DNA of 64,000 nucleotides from a virus (Duplodnaviria > Caudoviricetes): positions 3,810 to 67,809 of IMG/VR virus record IMGVR_UViG_2502957028_000003; one strand, written 5' to 3'. Below are positions 54,256-63,868 of this stretch, in pieces; positions within the stretch are counted from its first letter, which is position 1, and every line of letters starts with the position of its first letter. The position numbers and the translations under genes were made by a program. A model generated the notes under the pieces. That model was not told the DNA's origin and did no database searches. It was given only the letters and a program-made list of their open reading frames with translations.

Positions 54256-55041
54256 GTGAACGAACTTGTATTTAATCAAACACATAGGGATTATCTTGCC
54301 GTTTACGCCTGTTCCAAGTCCCTGCTTTCCCGGTTCGCCATCACCCCGGCCCATTGCCGGGTAGCCCAGGAAACCACGGACGCCATGCTGTTCGGTACAG
54401 CCCTGCATACCTGCATTCTTGAGCCTGAAAAATTCGCCAAATATTACGCCACCTACCCGGAAGGTAAAGATGGGCGTTCATCCGAAGGTAGGGCCATCAA
54501 GAAAGCCATGGATGAAGCAGGCGGACATATTCTCACTCGTGATAAATGGGACCGCCTGTATGGTATGAGTGAGGCGATAAAGTCCAGCAAGACAGCATCC
54601 AATCTGATTAACCAGTCCAGACACGAAGTATCCCTTTTTTGGGAGCACCGTCACGGGTTCATGTGCAAGGCCAGGGCGGACATCTGGCATCCGACCATCG
54701 GGATAATCGCCGACCTGAAAAAAGTCACGCCCGGAGATTTCCAGGCCCTGGACCGAACCATCGTCAAGTACAAATACCACTGGCAGGATGAATGGTACAC
54801 GCAGGGCGCAAGGGCTGTCACGGATCGCATGGATTGGAATTTTGTTTTTATCTTTGTGGAGGATCAGGCGCCCTTTTCGGTCAGGTGCCTCACCCTGTCG
54901 CCCGAATCCAAAATGCAGGCCCACGAAGAACTGGCGGATATCACCGCCGACTACGCCCAATGCCTCAAAACCGACACATGGCCTGGATACCCGGACCGCG
55001 TTGAAATGATCGAACTGCCCAGGTGGGCGCAAACAGTATAG
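54256..55041 (+). CDS. PD-(D/E)XK exonuclease (RecE/DUF3799-like)
   Basis: GTALHTCILEP, CKARAD, IADLKK and YKYHWQDEWY motifs. Confidence 0.9.
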   Translation: MNELVFNQTHRDYLAVYACSKSLLSRFAITPAHCRVAQETTDAMLFGTALHTCILEPEKFAKYYATYPEGKDGRSSEGRAIKKAMDEAGGHILTRDKWDRLYGMSEAIKSSKTASNLINQSRHEVSLFWEHRHGFMCKARADIWHPTIGIIADLKKVTPGDFQALDRTIVKYKYHWQDEWYTQGARAVTDRMDWNFVFIFVEDQAPFSVRCLTLSPESKMQAHEELADITADYAQCLKTDTWPGYPDRVEMIELPRWAQTV

Positions 55042-55050
55042 GAGGAAAAC

Positions 55051-56136
55051 ATGAACGAACTTATGGTACAAAACGGAAACAATCTTCCTGTTGATCCTGC
55101 CGCCGTTGCGGCGAGAGAGAGCGCTAGGGCGGTTATTGAATCAGCCTACCAAATGGCGCTGTACCGCCCAAGAAATGAAGACGAGGCAAGAGATAGGATT
55201 TTGACAGCATGTAAGCGTCCGGGTTTTGCTGCCGATGTTGAGTATAGCAAGCCGATAGGCGGAAAGCCGGTCACTGGCCCGAGCATACGGTTTGTTGAAC
55301 TTGGCCTCAGGGAGTGGGGAAACGTCAAGATTGATTCTCCTGTTATTTATGAGGACGACAACATCAGGCGCGTTCGCGTCACTGTGCTGGATCTCCAAAC
55401 AAACGCTCAGTTTACCAAGGATATTCAGGTTAAAAAAACGGTTGAGCGCAAATCCTCCAAGGGCCGCGAGGATGGGATTATCAGCGAACGAAAAAACACA
55501 TACGGTGACACTGTTTACATCCTGCGAGCCACTGACGAAGAGGTTGACGTCAAGGCAAGCTCCGCCATTTCAAAGGCCATCAGGACAGAGGGTGGAAGAC
55601 TGCTTCCACAAGACATTGTTTCGGAAGCCCTGGCGATAGCTAAGGAAACGCTGAGAAAAGCCGACGCTGCCGACCCGGACGCCGCAAAGCGAAAAATCCT
55701 TGATGCCTTTTCGCCCCTTGGAGTTAAGCCACGCCACATCAAAGAATATCTTGGACATGACATTGAAACAATGTCCCCGGCTGAGTTGCAGGAACTCAGG
55801 GGGGTGTATTCTGCAATCAAAGAGGGCGGCACGACCTGGACCGAGTGCATGGAAGCAAAAAGGCCCGAATCACAAGGCGACTCACCCAAGGATTTAACCG
55901 ATAAAATCAACGGAAACACCGAAAAGCCCAAGCCCACCAAGAAGGCCGCCGACCCCAAGCCGGAACCCGACCCGGAGGCAGACGCCGCCGAACTGGCGAA
56001 GCTGAAAAAAGACGCAGCCGACCTTGAAAAGCACTTCAAGGAAAAGTTTGACGAGGCCCTGGAAAAATCCGGCCTGACGAACCTGGAAACACTGGAAGAC
56101 TACCGGGCGTTTATGGCTGCCATGGCGGATGTATAA
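55051..56136 (+). CDS. Putative single-strand annealing/recombination protein
   Basis: Between exonuclease and ssb; GPSIRFVELGLREWGN motif; acidic C-terminus. Confidence 0.6.
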   Translation: MNELMVQNGNNLPVDPAAVAARESARAVIESAYQMALYRPRNEDEARDRILTACKRPGFAADVEYSKPIGGKPVTGPSIRFVELGLREWGNVKIDSPVIYEDDNIRRVRVTVLDLQTNAQFTKDIQVKKTVERKSSKGREDGIISERKNTYGDTVYILRATDEEVDVKASSAISKAIRTEGGRLLPQDIVSEALAIAKETLRKADAADPDAAKRKILDAFSPLGVKPRHIKEYLGHDIETMSPAELQELRGVYSAIKEGGTTWTECMEAKRPESQGDSPKDLTDKINGNTEKPKPTKKAADPKPEPDPEADAAELAKLKKDAADLEKHFKEKFDEALEKSGLTNLETLEDYRAFMAAMADV

Positions 56137-56330
56137 TGCCTTCCAGCCCAAAGGCCGTGGCCAGTTGCTGCCAGACGTGCTCCGGTTACACCTTCAAGCG
56201 GAATCCGGTCCCGGCGCCCGAACGGAAGCACGGCGAAACATGGGCTTACTGCACGAAAAAGGGGAAGTGGTTTCCGCTGGATAAAATCAACACGCACGAA
56301 CACGAGTGCGAACTATGGAAGAGGAAATGA
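56136..56330 (+). CDS. Small Cys-rich protein
   Basis: CCQTC...C...C pattern; TAATG coupling. Confidence 0.6.
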   Translation: MPSSPKAVASCCQTCSGYTFKRNPVPAPERKHGETWAYCTKKGKWFPLDKINTHEHECELWKRK

Positions 56331-56518
56331 TGGAAATCGACGAACGTTCACGGGTGCTGCTCAAGGCGGCGCATGACATGCTTGTGCAATTAGATTTCTT
56401 TTCGGCTAATTTATACGCGGCCAATTATGACGGCCAGGACTGCGACGCGATTTGTCTCGTTGACGACATCAAGGCACACCTTGGAATAGAGGAGGGCGAT
56501 AATGGCAGGACTGAATAA
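56306..56518 (+). CDS. Hypothetical protein
   Basis: ORF coupled to ssb; true start probably the ATG after GAGG near 56327. Confidence 0.6.
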   Translation: MRTMEEEMMEIDERSRVLLKAAHDMLVQLDFFSANLYAANYDGQDCDAICLVDDIKAHLGIEEGDNGRTE

Positions 56519-56942
56519 AGTGATGCTGATCGGCCACCTTGGCCGTGACCCGGAAATGAAATACGCCGCCTCCGGGCTGGCAATCGCCAATATCAACTTG
56601 GCGACCACGGAGAAATTCAAGGGTGAGGACCGGACCGAGTGGCATCGGATAGTTGTCTTCGACAAACTGGCCGAGATTTGCGGCCAATACCTCAAGAAAG
56701 GCTCCCAGGCCTATTTTGAAGGCCGTCTGAAAACCAAGGAATGGACCGACAAGGACGGTAACAAAAGGTACACCACGGAGATTGTCGCCAACAACATGGT
56801 GATGCTCGGAGGCCGCGACGCAGGCCAGGGCCGCCAGCAACGGCCGGCGCAGCAACCGACGCCTGAGCCAGGGCCGTCGCACTATGACGGGCCGCCGCTG
56901 GATGACGGAGACGATGACATCCCTTTTAGTCGAAGGGGTTAG
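56502..56942 (+). CDS. ssb: Single-stranded DNA-binding protein
   Basis: [30 protein letters not shown]; DDIPF tail. Confidence 0.97.
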   Translation: MAGLNKVMLIGHLGRDPEMKYAASGLAIANINLATTEKFKGEDRTEWHRIVVFDKLAEICGQYLKKGSQAYFEGRLKTKEWTDKDGNKRYTTEIVANNMVMLGGRDAGQGRQQRPAQQPTPEPGPSHYDGPPLDDGDDDIPFSRRG

Positions 56943-57020
56943 CTGGTGCTTGCCGGTTAACCCCATATTCAATCTAAATAACGCCGTATCGGGCCACAAG
57001 GGCCATAAAAGGAAAAAGCA

Positions 57021-57365
57021 ATGCAAATACCTGTTGGAGATAAGCACCGCCTTGAAATCGACACACACAACGTGACGATTCAGGAATTGAAAACCAAGGG
57101 CAAGGACTCAAAAGACGCCGGTGAAACCTTCTGGAAGAACGAGCATTACTACCCGACCGTTGCCGAAAATCCAGCCAGAGGTATCAAGTTGGCAAGCATG
57201 CATCTGGTCAGCATCCTGGCTTTCGGGGAAGAATCAGCCGGGATTAGGGAACTGAATCAGGTCCACGACCACCTGGCAAAGATCGCCAAAAACCTGGAAA
57301 CCATTTTCGCGGACGCTGCCGAAGCATACGCCAAGGCTATGCTGGGACAGCAACGGGCTGCATAA
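57021..57365 (+). CDS. Hypothetical protein
   Basis: AAGGA RBS; 114-aa ORF. Confidence 0.7.
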   Translation: MQIPVGDKHRLEIDTHNVTIQELKTKGKDSKDAGETFWKNEHYYPTVAENPARGIKLASMHLVSILAFGEESAGIRELNQVHDHLAKIAKNLETIFADAAEAYAKAMLGQQRAA

Positions 57366-57406
57366 GCGGAAGTGCCAGGAGTACCTGGACAGGACAAAGG
57401 AGAAAG

Positions 57407-57709
57407 ATGATGACCCAAGTTGAAGTCAATATCTGCCCGCAAGAGGCCGCTGAAATATTCTCGGAGTGGTCGGATGAGGATCAAGCAAAGTTTTTCAGCC
57501 TTATCGGAGAGCGCTTCAGGGCGGCCAAGTGGGGCGAAACGCAGACCAACTACATGGCGGACTGCATTGACAAGTCTGGCCGTGATTTCATTTACACCCT
57601 TGCCAATTTCATGAAGGTTCGCGGCATTCCTGACACGTCTCCAAAGTACAACAAATTGATATGCAGCTACGAGGAGCAATCATGGAAACCATCGCAGAAA
57701 TCGAATTAG
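57407..57709 (+). CDS. Hypothetical protein
   Basis: AAAGGAG RBS. Confidence 0.7.
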   Translation: MMTQVEVNICPQEAAEIFSEWSDEDQAKFFSLIGERFRAAKWGETQTNYMADCIDKSGRDFIYTLANFMKVRGIPDTSPKYNKLICSYEEQSWKPSQKSN

Positions 57710-57837
57710 CGCTCGACCTTTGGAACCGCCTCTGGTGGGCGGCAAATGGTCCGTGCGCCTTGTGCATCAAGGGCGACTGTCCCAATTGGGAGCGGTGCCG
57801 AAAACGCGGGATTTACAGGATTTATTAGGAGGAAGTT

Positions 57838-58443
57838 ATGGGAACGAGAAATTTAACGGCTGTTTTCCAAGATGGAGAATACAAGGTTGCCCAATATGGA
57901 CAATGGGATGGATATCCGTCTGGACAGGGCTTAACCATTCTTAATTTTTTGACCAGCCAAGGCAACATCGACAGGCTGAAAGACGGCCTCAAAAAAGTCA
58001 GATTTCTTGACGACGAAAAGGATGCTGAGTTTATCAAGGCCTATAACGATGCTGCGCCAGAATGGAGCAGTGACCCGGACAACCGTACCCCCGATCAAAT
58101 ACATTGGTGTAAAACATTTGCATCAAGAGATATCGGCGGTGGGATTCTGGAATCAATAGCCAGTGCAACAGAGGATGAAATTCTACTGCAAAATAACATC
58201 GACTTCGCCGGTGATTCATTACTTTGTGAATGGTCCTATGTTGTTGACCTGGACAAAGGAACCCTTGAGGTCTTTGAGGGCTTTAACAATACCGAACTCG
58301 ACCCGTCAGAAAGATTTGCATCTTTTAAGTGCGAACACAACGAATACAAACAAGTCAAACACAAGTGGACATTCAAACTCGACATGCTCCCGCTCGAAGA
58401 TGACTTCGTATCTGTTCTTGAGCCGAAGGATGACGCCGAATAA
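57838..58443 (+). CDS. Conserved phage hypothetical protein (MGTR...QWDGYP family)
   Basis: AGGAGG RBS; recognisable motif. Confidence 0.8.
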   Translation: MGTRNLTAVFQDGEYKVAQYGQWDGYPSGQGLTILNFLTSQGNIDRLKDGLKKVRFLDDEKDAEFIKAYNDAAPEWSSDPDNRTPDQIHWCKTFASRDIGGGILESIASATEDEILLQNNIDFAGDSLLCEWSYVVDLDKGTLEVFEGFNNTELDPSERFASFKCEHNEYKQVKHKWTFKLDMLPLEDDFVSVLEPKDDAE

Positions 58444-58444
58444 C

Positions 58445-58849
58445 ATGCGCCCCCTACTCCCCATAATCGCTGTCCTTTGCCTCCTGGCCTCCTGCGCCGT
58501 CCACGGCCATCGCCAGAACGGAGACTGCAAGGCCAACGCGGTATATTGCGCCGTAACGTGGGCATATCAGACAGGGGACGCCGTGCGAATCGTCGTTGGA
58601 CCGTCCGCAGTATGGGGCGGCTACCCACACGCCCAGGCGGAGGCGCTAATCCCATGGAAGGGCGGCGTTATCTACGGAGAGATTGATCGGAAAAATGGAA
58701 TCCGGGTTTGGACGCCACTGGTAAAGGGGCTTGGGTGCGTTGAAGTCGGCAGGCGGGAAATAGCCGGTCAAACATCGAGTCAAACACTCACATCATTTGT
58801 CCAATCCTGCGAACGGGTCGGGAGAACCGGCGCGTGGGTTGGGCAGTAG
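58445..58849 (+). CDS. Lipoprotein with possible transglutaminase/papain-like Cys-His
   Basis: LCLLAS-C lipobox; GDCKANA and PHAQA motifs. Confidence 0.6.
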   Translation: MRPLLPIIAVLCLLASCAVHGHRQNGDCKANAVYCAVTWAYQTGDAVRIVVGPSAVWGGYPHAQAEALIPWKGGVIYGEIDRKNGIRVWTPLVKGLGCVEVGRREIAGQTSSQTLTSFVQSCERVGRTGAWVGQ

Positions 58850-58857
58850 GAGGTTGC

Positions 58858-59058
58858 ATGATCCGCCACCCGAAACCCGGCCAAGCCGTGGAACTCCACT
58901 ACCGCCAAAGCCTGCGGCAGTTGACCGGCCTGCATCTGATTTGCGGCTCGGTCGTGACTTCCGGCAAAGGACCTGGGCCACGGAATGCTTTGGTTGACCT
59001 GGGCCATAAAAAAGTAGTTGTCCCGTGCGGGCAACTATTCAGGAGGGTCGTCTCATGA
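58858..59058 (+). CDS. Small SH3-like hypothetical protein
   Basis: AGGAGG RBS; PKPGQAVEL...GPRNALV. Confidence 0.65.
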   Translation: MIRHPKPGQAVELHYRQSLRQLTGLHLICGSVVTSGKGPGPRNALVDLGHKKVVVPCGQLFRRVVS

Positions 59059-59438
59059 CAAGGAAAGAATTTAGAGAAGAGTTAAAAAAGCTACTTCCTG
59101 GCTATAAGTGGACAGTCCATCAGCCGTCACCGTTTACAAAGAAAGAAGAAATCAATGATTGGATGGAGGCAACCGGGTCGATATCGAGTGGTAGCAACCG
59201 GATATCGACCATGGTTGTTACTCGCTCCGATAAAGATAATAGGGTTAAGTACATAGCTCAAAGCTCGGGCTTTGGATTCCGTGGAGGAGAATCCGTTCTT
59301 CCTGAAAAAACACTCGCCAGGGCGGTAAGGGCATTGCAGGATCTTTACGAGCACAAGGCCAATTTGTACCACACTCTCGCTATGGATATCCAGTACGCAA
59401 GGCCTGAGAAAGTCCAAAAACTACGGAGGGCTTTATAA
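59055..59438 (+). CDS. Hypothetical protein
   Basis: GGAGG RBS; ATGA overlap. Confidence 0.7.
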   Translation: MTRKEFREELKKLLPGYKWTVHQPSPFTKKEEINDWMEATGSISSGSNRISTMVVTRSDKDNRVKYIAQSSGFGFRGGESVLPEKTLARAVRALQDLYEHKANLYHTLAMDIQYARPEKVQKLRRAL

Positions 59439-59803
59439 TGCCATACACAATCCCAATGTGGCTATCGCAGGACGGCTACAACATGCACCTATCATTTGAA
59501 AAGCCGCACCTTGAGGAATTCGAGGGTTCCGCCCGCCAGCTGTATGTCACAAACGATGAAAACATGCTGGACATCAATGATATCGCCGGGAATATACCGC
59601 TGCTCAACCTCCTGGCAAAAGAGGATGCAATCATCGTTATGGTTTCAATCAGCCTGCCGGATGACCAGGAAAAAATCTGTGAATGCACCAAGGTGGTCAG
59701 GCTCAGGGATTTGGCCGAGGAACAGCAAGCCCAGATTGACAGACTGATTAAAACCAATGATGAACTCCGGGCCGAACTGATAACGGCCCGAGGGGGTGAG
59801 TGA
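59438..59803 (+). CDS. Hypothetical protein, C-terminal coiled coil
   Basis: TAATG coupling. Confidence 0.65.
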   Translation: MPYTIPMWLSQDGYNMHLSFEKPHLEEFEGSARQLYVTNDENMLDINDIAGNIPLLNLLAKEDAIIVMVSISLPDDQEKICECTKVVRLRDLAEEQQAQIDRLIKTNDELRAELITARGGE

Positions 59804-60144
59804 TGCACATATTCAGAAGCGAATGCGACTCATGCGGGAAAAAGAAAGCCGATGTGGTGAGCATCGGTGGAGGCGCCTTTGAAGCCTGCCAGGAATGCCT
59901 CAGGGAAGCCCTGTCCCTCACCGGCACGGACGTGGAGGCGTTGGAGAAGGAAAACGCCGCACTCAAGGCCAGGGTGGGGGAGTTGGCAACTTCCGTTGAT
60001 TGGCTGCTTGAGTGCCAGGAAGCGGTTTATTGGGCTGACTGGATTGTCGACTTGACCAGTGACGGTAGTGCGGAGCTTACGGAAATCCAGGCCGCAGCTT
60101 ATGCGGCATATGAAGCGGCAAAGGAGGCCAAAAATGCCGAATGA
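59800..60144 (+). CDS. Hypothetical protein with CxxC...CxxC motif
   Basis: CDSCG...CQECL; coupled. Confidence 0.7.
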   Translation: MMHIFRSECDSCGKKKADVVSIGGGAFEACQECLREALSLTGTDVEALEKENAALKARVGELATSVDWLLECQEAVYWADWIVDLTSDGSAELTEIQAAAYAAYEAAKEAKNAE

Positions 60145-60309
60145 CCAGATGGGGACAGTGATAGTGGACAAAGACGGAAACGTAAAAATTCACTATCTTT
60201 ATTTCAGTGGCGAACATGTTTCTGCGCTAACAAGGGAAGAAAAAATCCGTGGCTTGCAACTCAAACGAATCAACCTAAGCGCTGGCATCCGTGCTGCGGA
60301 GGAAACGAC

Positions 60310-60831
60310 ATGAAAGAATACCACAGGCTTCTAACCGGCGAAATGGTCCGGGCCATTATTGAGGGCCGCAAGACCCAAACCCGCGTCCTGGCCGACGACA
60401 ATCGATACAAGAACACCAAGGTTGGGGACAGGCTGTGGGTAAGAGAGGCGTGGAATATTTTCGAACTCTCCGGTGACAGGGGGTATTTGCACCCAGTAAA
60501 CCCAATACCAAAAAATCTGCCACCGGGGACACTCTTGGCCTATGCTGCGGACAGAGGTAGCGGCCCGTGGCGTCCCTCCATGCACATGCCCCGTTGGGCC
60601 TGCCGCCTACTCCTGAAAGTGACCGGAGTCCGGGAGGAGCCGTTGCGGGCGATAAGCACCGAGGACATTATTGCCGAGGGGTTGTCAACAACGCTCAGGG
60701 GATACACCGCAGAGGTTGACCTCAAAGAGCAGTTTATCGGACTTTGGGACTCCCTATACGGCAAAACCCGCCCATGGGCCAGCAATCCCATGGTGAAGGC
60801 CCTGGACTTTGAAGTGATGGAGGCGTCATGA
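60310..60831 (+). CDS. ASCH-like phage protein
   Basis: MVRAIIEGRKTQTR, GDRLWVREAW, WRPSMHMPRWACR and WASNPMV motifs. Confidence 0.85.
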   Translation: MKEYHRLLTGEMVRAIIEGRKTQTRVLADDNRYKNTKVGDRLWVREAWNIFELSGDRGYLHPVNPIPKNLPPGTLLAYAADRGSGPWRPSMHMPRWACRLLLKVTGVREEPLRAISTEDIIAEGLSTTLRGYTAEVDLKEQFIGLWDSLYGKTRPWASNPMVKALDFEVMEAS

Positions 60832-61088
60832 CCGAACAACCATTTAGGCTGAAAATATATGACGGCTCAGTTTGGCCCAATCCGGCAAGTGATGCGTTTA
60901 AGGATGCTTTGTGGGCGGCTCGGTATGGTGAGACCACAAAGTCCGAGCTTCTTGAATTGGCGACGATAGCGGAAGCATACCGCGACCTGATAACCCACCC
61001 GGCGTTCACACTCGCAAAGGTGCGCCAAAAGGTAAGCTGGATCCGGCGAATGATAAAGGGCGATCCGGCAATAAGGGAGGCATCATGA
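60828..61088 (+). CDS. Hypothetical protein
   Basis: GGAGG RBS; ATGA overlap. Confidence 0.7.
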   Translation: MTEQPFRLKIYDGSVWPNPASDAFKDALWAARYGETTKSELLELATIAEAYRDLITHPAFTLAKVRQKVSWIRRMIKGDPAIREAS

Positions 61089-61339
61089 CCGAACAAGAGG
61101 CGATTAAAAAGGCTGAGGAAATCAATAAGGCAGCAGAAAAATTAGTATGCCCTATCCATAAAGGCATAAGGCCGGACCTTGACCTATGCCTTGGAGTGCA
61201 CTGCGCTTGGTTCGTCAGGGCAAGAGCGTGGAAAACATCGCGCAAAGACTCATGGGAGGCGTCTGAGTTCGCAAGATGCGCCGTTGTGGATATAGCTATT
61301 AACACTGATAATCTTTGCGAGTGTGTTTGGAACAAATAA
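61085..61339 (+). CDS. Cys-rich hypothetical protein
   Basis: CP...CLGVHCAWF motif; ATGA overlap. Confidence 0.7.
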   Translation: MTEQEAIKKAEEINKAAEKLVCPIHKGIRPDLDLCLGVHCAWFVRARAWKTSRKDSWEASEFARCAVVDIAINTDNLCECVWNK

Positions 61340-61363
61340 CGACGCGGCGGGGAGGTAGGGGAA

Positions 61364-61765
61364 TTGAACTGTGAATGGGCGACACCACAAGACCTATTCG
61401 ATAGCCTAAACAAGGAATTCCATTTCACACTGGATCCATGCTGCACGATCGAAAACGCGAAGTGTGAGCGTTTTTACACCAAGGCAGAGGATGGGTTATC
61501 CCAGGATTGGACCGGCGAAACCGTTTTCATGAACCCTCCATATTCCAGGTCCGAAATGCCCAAGTGGATCCAAAGGGCCTACGAGTCATCACTGGCAGGA
61601 TCCAAGGTGGTTTGTCTTCTTCCTGCCAAGACCGACACCAGATGGTTTCACGACTTTTGCCTAAAAGGTGAAATTCGGTTTATCAAGGGTAGAATATGCT
61701 TTGGATCCGGCGAAGGTAGAGCGCCGTTTCCGAGTATGGTTGTAATCTTTAACGGAGCCAAATAG
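61364..61765 (+). CDS. Phage DNA N6-adenine methyltransferase (Dam-like)
   Basis: WATPQDLF, FTLDPC, VFMNPPYS and LPAKTDTRWF motifs. Confidence 0.92.
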   Translation: MNCEWATPQDLFDSLNKEFHFTLDPCCTIENAKCERFYTKAEDGLSQDWTGETVFMNPPYSRSEMPKWIQRAYESSLAGSKVVCLLPAKTDTRWFHDFCLKGEIRFIKGRICFGSGEGRAPFPSMVVIFNGAK

Positions 61766-61854
61766 AACATATGTACCGGAATGACACACACCCAAATTTA
61801 GGTTATCCTGAAAGTTCCGCCCAATGTCGGGCGGCATCAACAGGAGGTGTGTGT

Positions 61855-63051
61855 ATGCTCGGAAACATCTATACCAGCCAAAAATGCCGGATTTGCGGCG
61901 GTCCGCTAATCCATGACGAACGCAAGCGTGGACTGTTTTGCCGGGAGCATCCCGAAGTCCAGGCCACAGGCGGCTTTAAAATCCAAATGGGCAACCGGAA
62001 ACATGGGACCGGAGTGTCCAGGGGCGCAACATCCTACGCGGAAGCGGCCCGAATCCTTAATGGGATGCGTTATCAAAAGGATATCAAACAGTTTGACCCA
62101 CGGGACCATCGCCGGGAAAACCCCCTGGCCTTTGACCGTCTTGCCGACCGATGGGTTGAATTCCGAAAGAAGCAAATTAAGGGCGATAAGCGCAAAAAGA
62201 AGCACTGGAACAATATCAATAATTATATGAACAAGGCCAAGGCCCGTTGGGGCGCCAAGAACGTCAAGGAAATTGACTTCATGGAATTTGAGGAATTCTT
62301 TCTTGACATGGGCCTGTCCAGTAAATCAATCGCAAACGCCCGGTCGGTTTACAATTCATTTTTCCGGTGGCTTATCCGGGCCAAGATTTTGAAAGCCGAC
62401 CAAATGCCCGACTTGCCAGAGGTTGAGGTCGAAATGGGTTTCCGCAAAATGGTCAGCCAGGAAGTCCAATGGAAACTTTTGGATGAGGTTTACCGGCTCA
62501 CCAGAAAGCGGGATATTAAAATCTGGTTGGGCATCAAATGGCTTGCAACCTATTTCTCCATCCGGCCAGGGGCTATGTTGAGCCTCCAAGAATGGCAACT
62601 TGACCGGGTTAACGGGACCATCACAATCCCCAAGCCTAAACAGAAGAAGCCCCAAATCATCAGGCTCTTGGACGAAGACGTGGAGCTTTTGCGGTCCATG
62701 CCCGAGCCAATTTCCCAGGAAATGCCCTTCTTCCGTCACGCCACGGGCCACGGCGGGGTTGAGCCTGGAACGCAGTACGGGCCGAAATACTTCAATGTCT
62801 GGTGGAAACGGGCCTGTGAAAACCTGGGCGTTGAGGGTGTCCCGGTCTACCCGGGAACCAAACATTCCACTGTGACGGCCCTGCGTGACCGGTTTTCCCC
62901 GGAGAAGATCCGCAAGACGGCGCAAATCAAAGAGAACTCGGCTTTTGACCGCTACTTCCAGGCAGAGGCCGAAGACGCTCTCGAAATTTGGGAGCAAACC
63001 AGACCGCCAAAGCCCAAGAAAAAGGGCGAGGTCGTAAATATTAAGAGGTGA
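61855..63051 (+). CDS. int: Tyrosine recombinase/integrase with N-terminal Cys/His motif
   Basis: AGGAGG RBS before 61855; SAM-like domain; SIRPGA box I, YPGTKH box II, AFDRY; near att. Confidence 0.85.
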   Translation: MLGNIYTSQKCRICGGPLIHDERKRGLFCREHPEVQATGGFKIQMGNRKHGTGVSRGATSYAEAARILNGMRYQKDIKQFDPRDHRRENPLAFDRLADRWVEFRKKQIKGDKRKKKHWNNINNYMNKAKARWGAKNVKEIDFMEFEEFFLDMGLSSKSIANARSVYNSFFRWLIRAKILKADQMPDLPEVEVEMGFRKMVSQEVQWKLLDEVYRLTRKRDIKIWLGIKWLATYFSIRPGAMLSLQEWQLDRVNGTITIPKPKQKKPQIIRLLDEDVELLRSMPEPISQEMPFFRHATGHGGVEPGTQYGPKYFNVWWKRACENLGVEGVPVYPGTKHSTVTALRDRFSPEKIRKTAQIKENSAFDRYFQAEAEDALEIWEQTRPPKPKKKGEVVNIKR

Positions 63052-63055
63052 AAAT

Positions 63056-63793
63056 ATCGGAACCCCAAACAACATAATATCGCTATCTGGCGGCAAAGAC
63101 TCCACTGCCATGCTCTTGATGATGCTGGAACGCGGTGAGCCGATCCATTCCGTGGTATTCTTCGATACCGGGTGGGAGTTTCCTGAAATGCTGGAGCATA
63201 TTGACTTGCTTAAACGGAGGACTGGCGTAAGTGTTTGGAAGCTCTACCCAAGGATTCCGTTTGACTTCCGAATGCTTCACAGGCCAGTTATAGCCAAGAG
63301 CGGACAAAACAAGGGCAAAGTTCATAGGGTTGGTTATGGGTGGCCTTCGACTATGCGTAGGTGGTGCACACGCGAAAAGGTCGGACAAATCGAGTATTTT
63401 CAAAAAAACTTACCATCGCCAGTATCGTGCATTGGTTATGCCGCCGACGAAACACATAGGGCAAAAAAGGGCAGCAAAGACACATCAAAGCGCTACCCGC
63501 TTATTGAGTGGGGTATCACAGAGCACCAAGCGCTGGAATACTGCAAGTCTAAAGGTTATAATTGGGGTGGCCTGTACGACATTTTTGACCGGGTATCGTG
63601 CTTTTGCTGTCCCTTTCAAAACCTTGGCAGCCTTCGCAAGTTGCGCCACCACTTCCCCGCGTTGTGGGAAAGGGTGCTAAAAATGGACGACGCAAGGCCA
63701 AGCCACAACGTGGGGTTTAAGGATTATGTGTCTGTTCGTCAGTTAGACCAACGCTTTGCAGAGGAAGACCGGCAGATGAAGATCTTCGCCTAA
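63056..63793 (+). CDS. PAPS-reductase-family (PP-loop) protein, apparent ATC start
   Basis: SLSGGKDST upstream of the first ATG; FFDTGWEF, RWCT, GYAADE, YPL and RVSCFCCP motifs. Confidence 0.8.
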   Translation: MGTPNNIISLSGGKDSTAMLLMMLERGEPIHSVVFFDTGWEFPEMLEHIDLLKRRTGVSVWKLYPRIPFDFRMLHRPVIAKSGQNKGKVHRVGYGWPSTMRRWCTREKVGQIEYFQKNLPSPVSCIGYAADETHRAKKGSKDTSKRYPLIEWGITEHQALEYCKSKGYNWGGLYDIFDRVSCFCCPFQNLGSLRKLRHHFPALWERVLKMDDARPSHNVGFKDYVSVRQLDQRFAEEDRQMKIFA

Positions 63794-63800
63794 AACCCGA

Positions 63801-63821
63801 GAAGGACATTGGAAGGACATT
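63801..63821 (+). repeat. Tandem direct repeat GAAGGACATT, probable integrase arm-type sites
   Basis: Copies at 63801 and 63812, about 50 bp from the tmRNA 3' end. Confidence 0.65.
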
Positions 63822-63868
63822 TTTACATGTTCGCAAGCATCAAATTTTCAAAGAACTTAATGGGTTAC

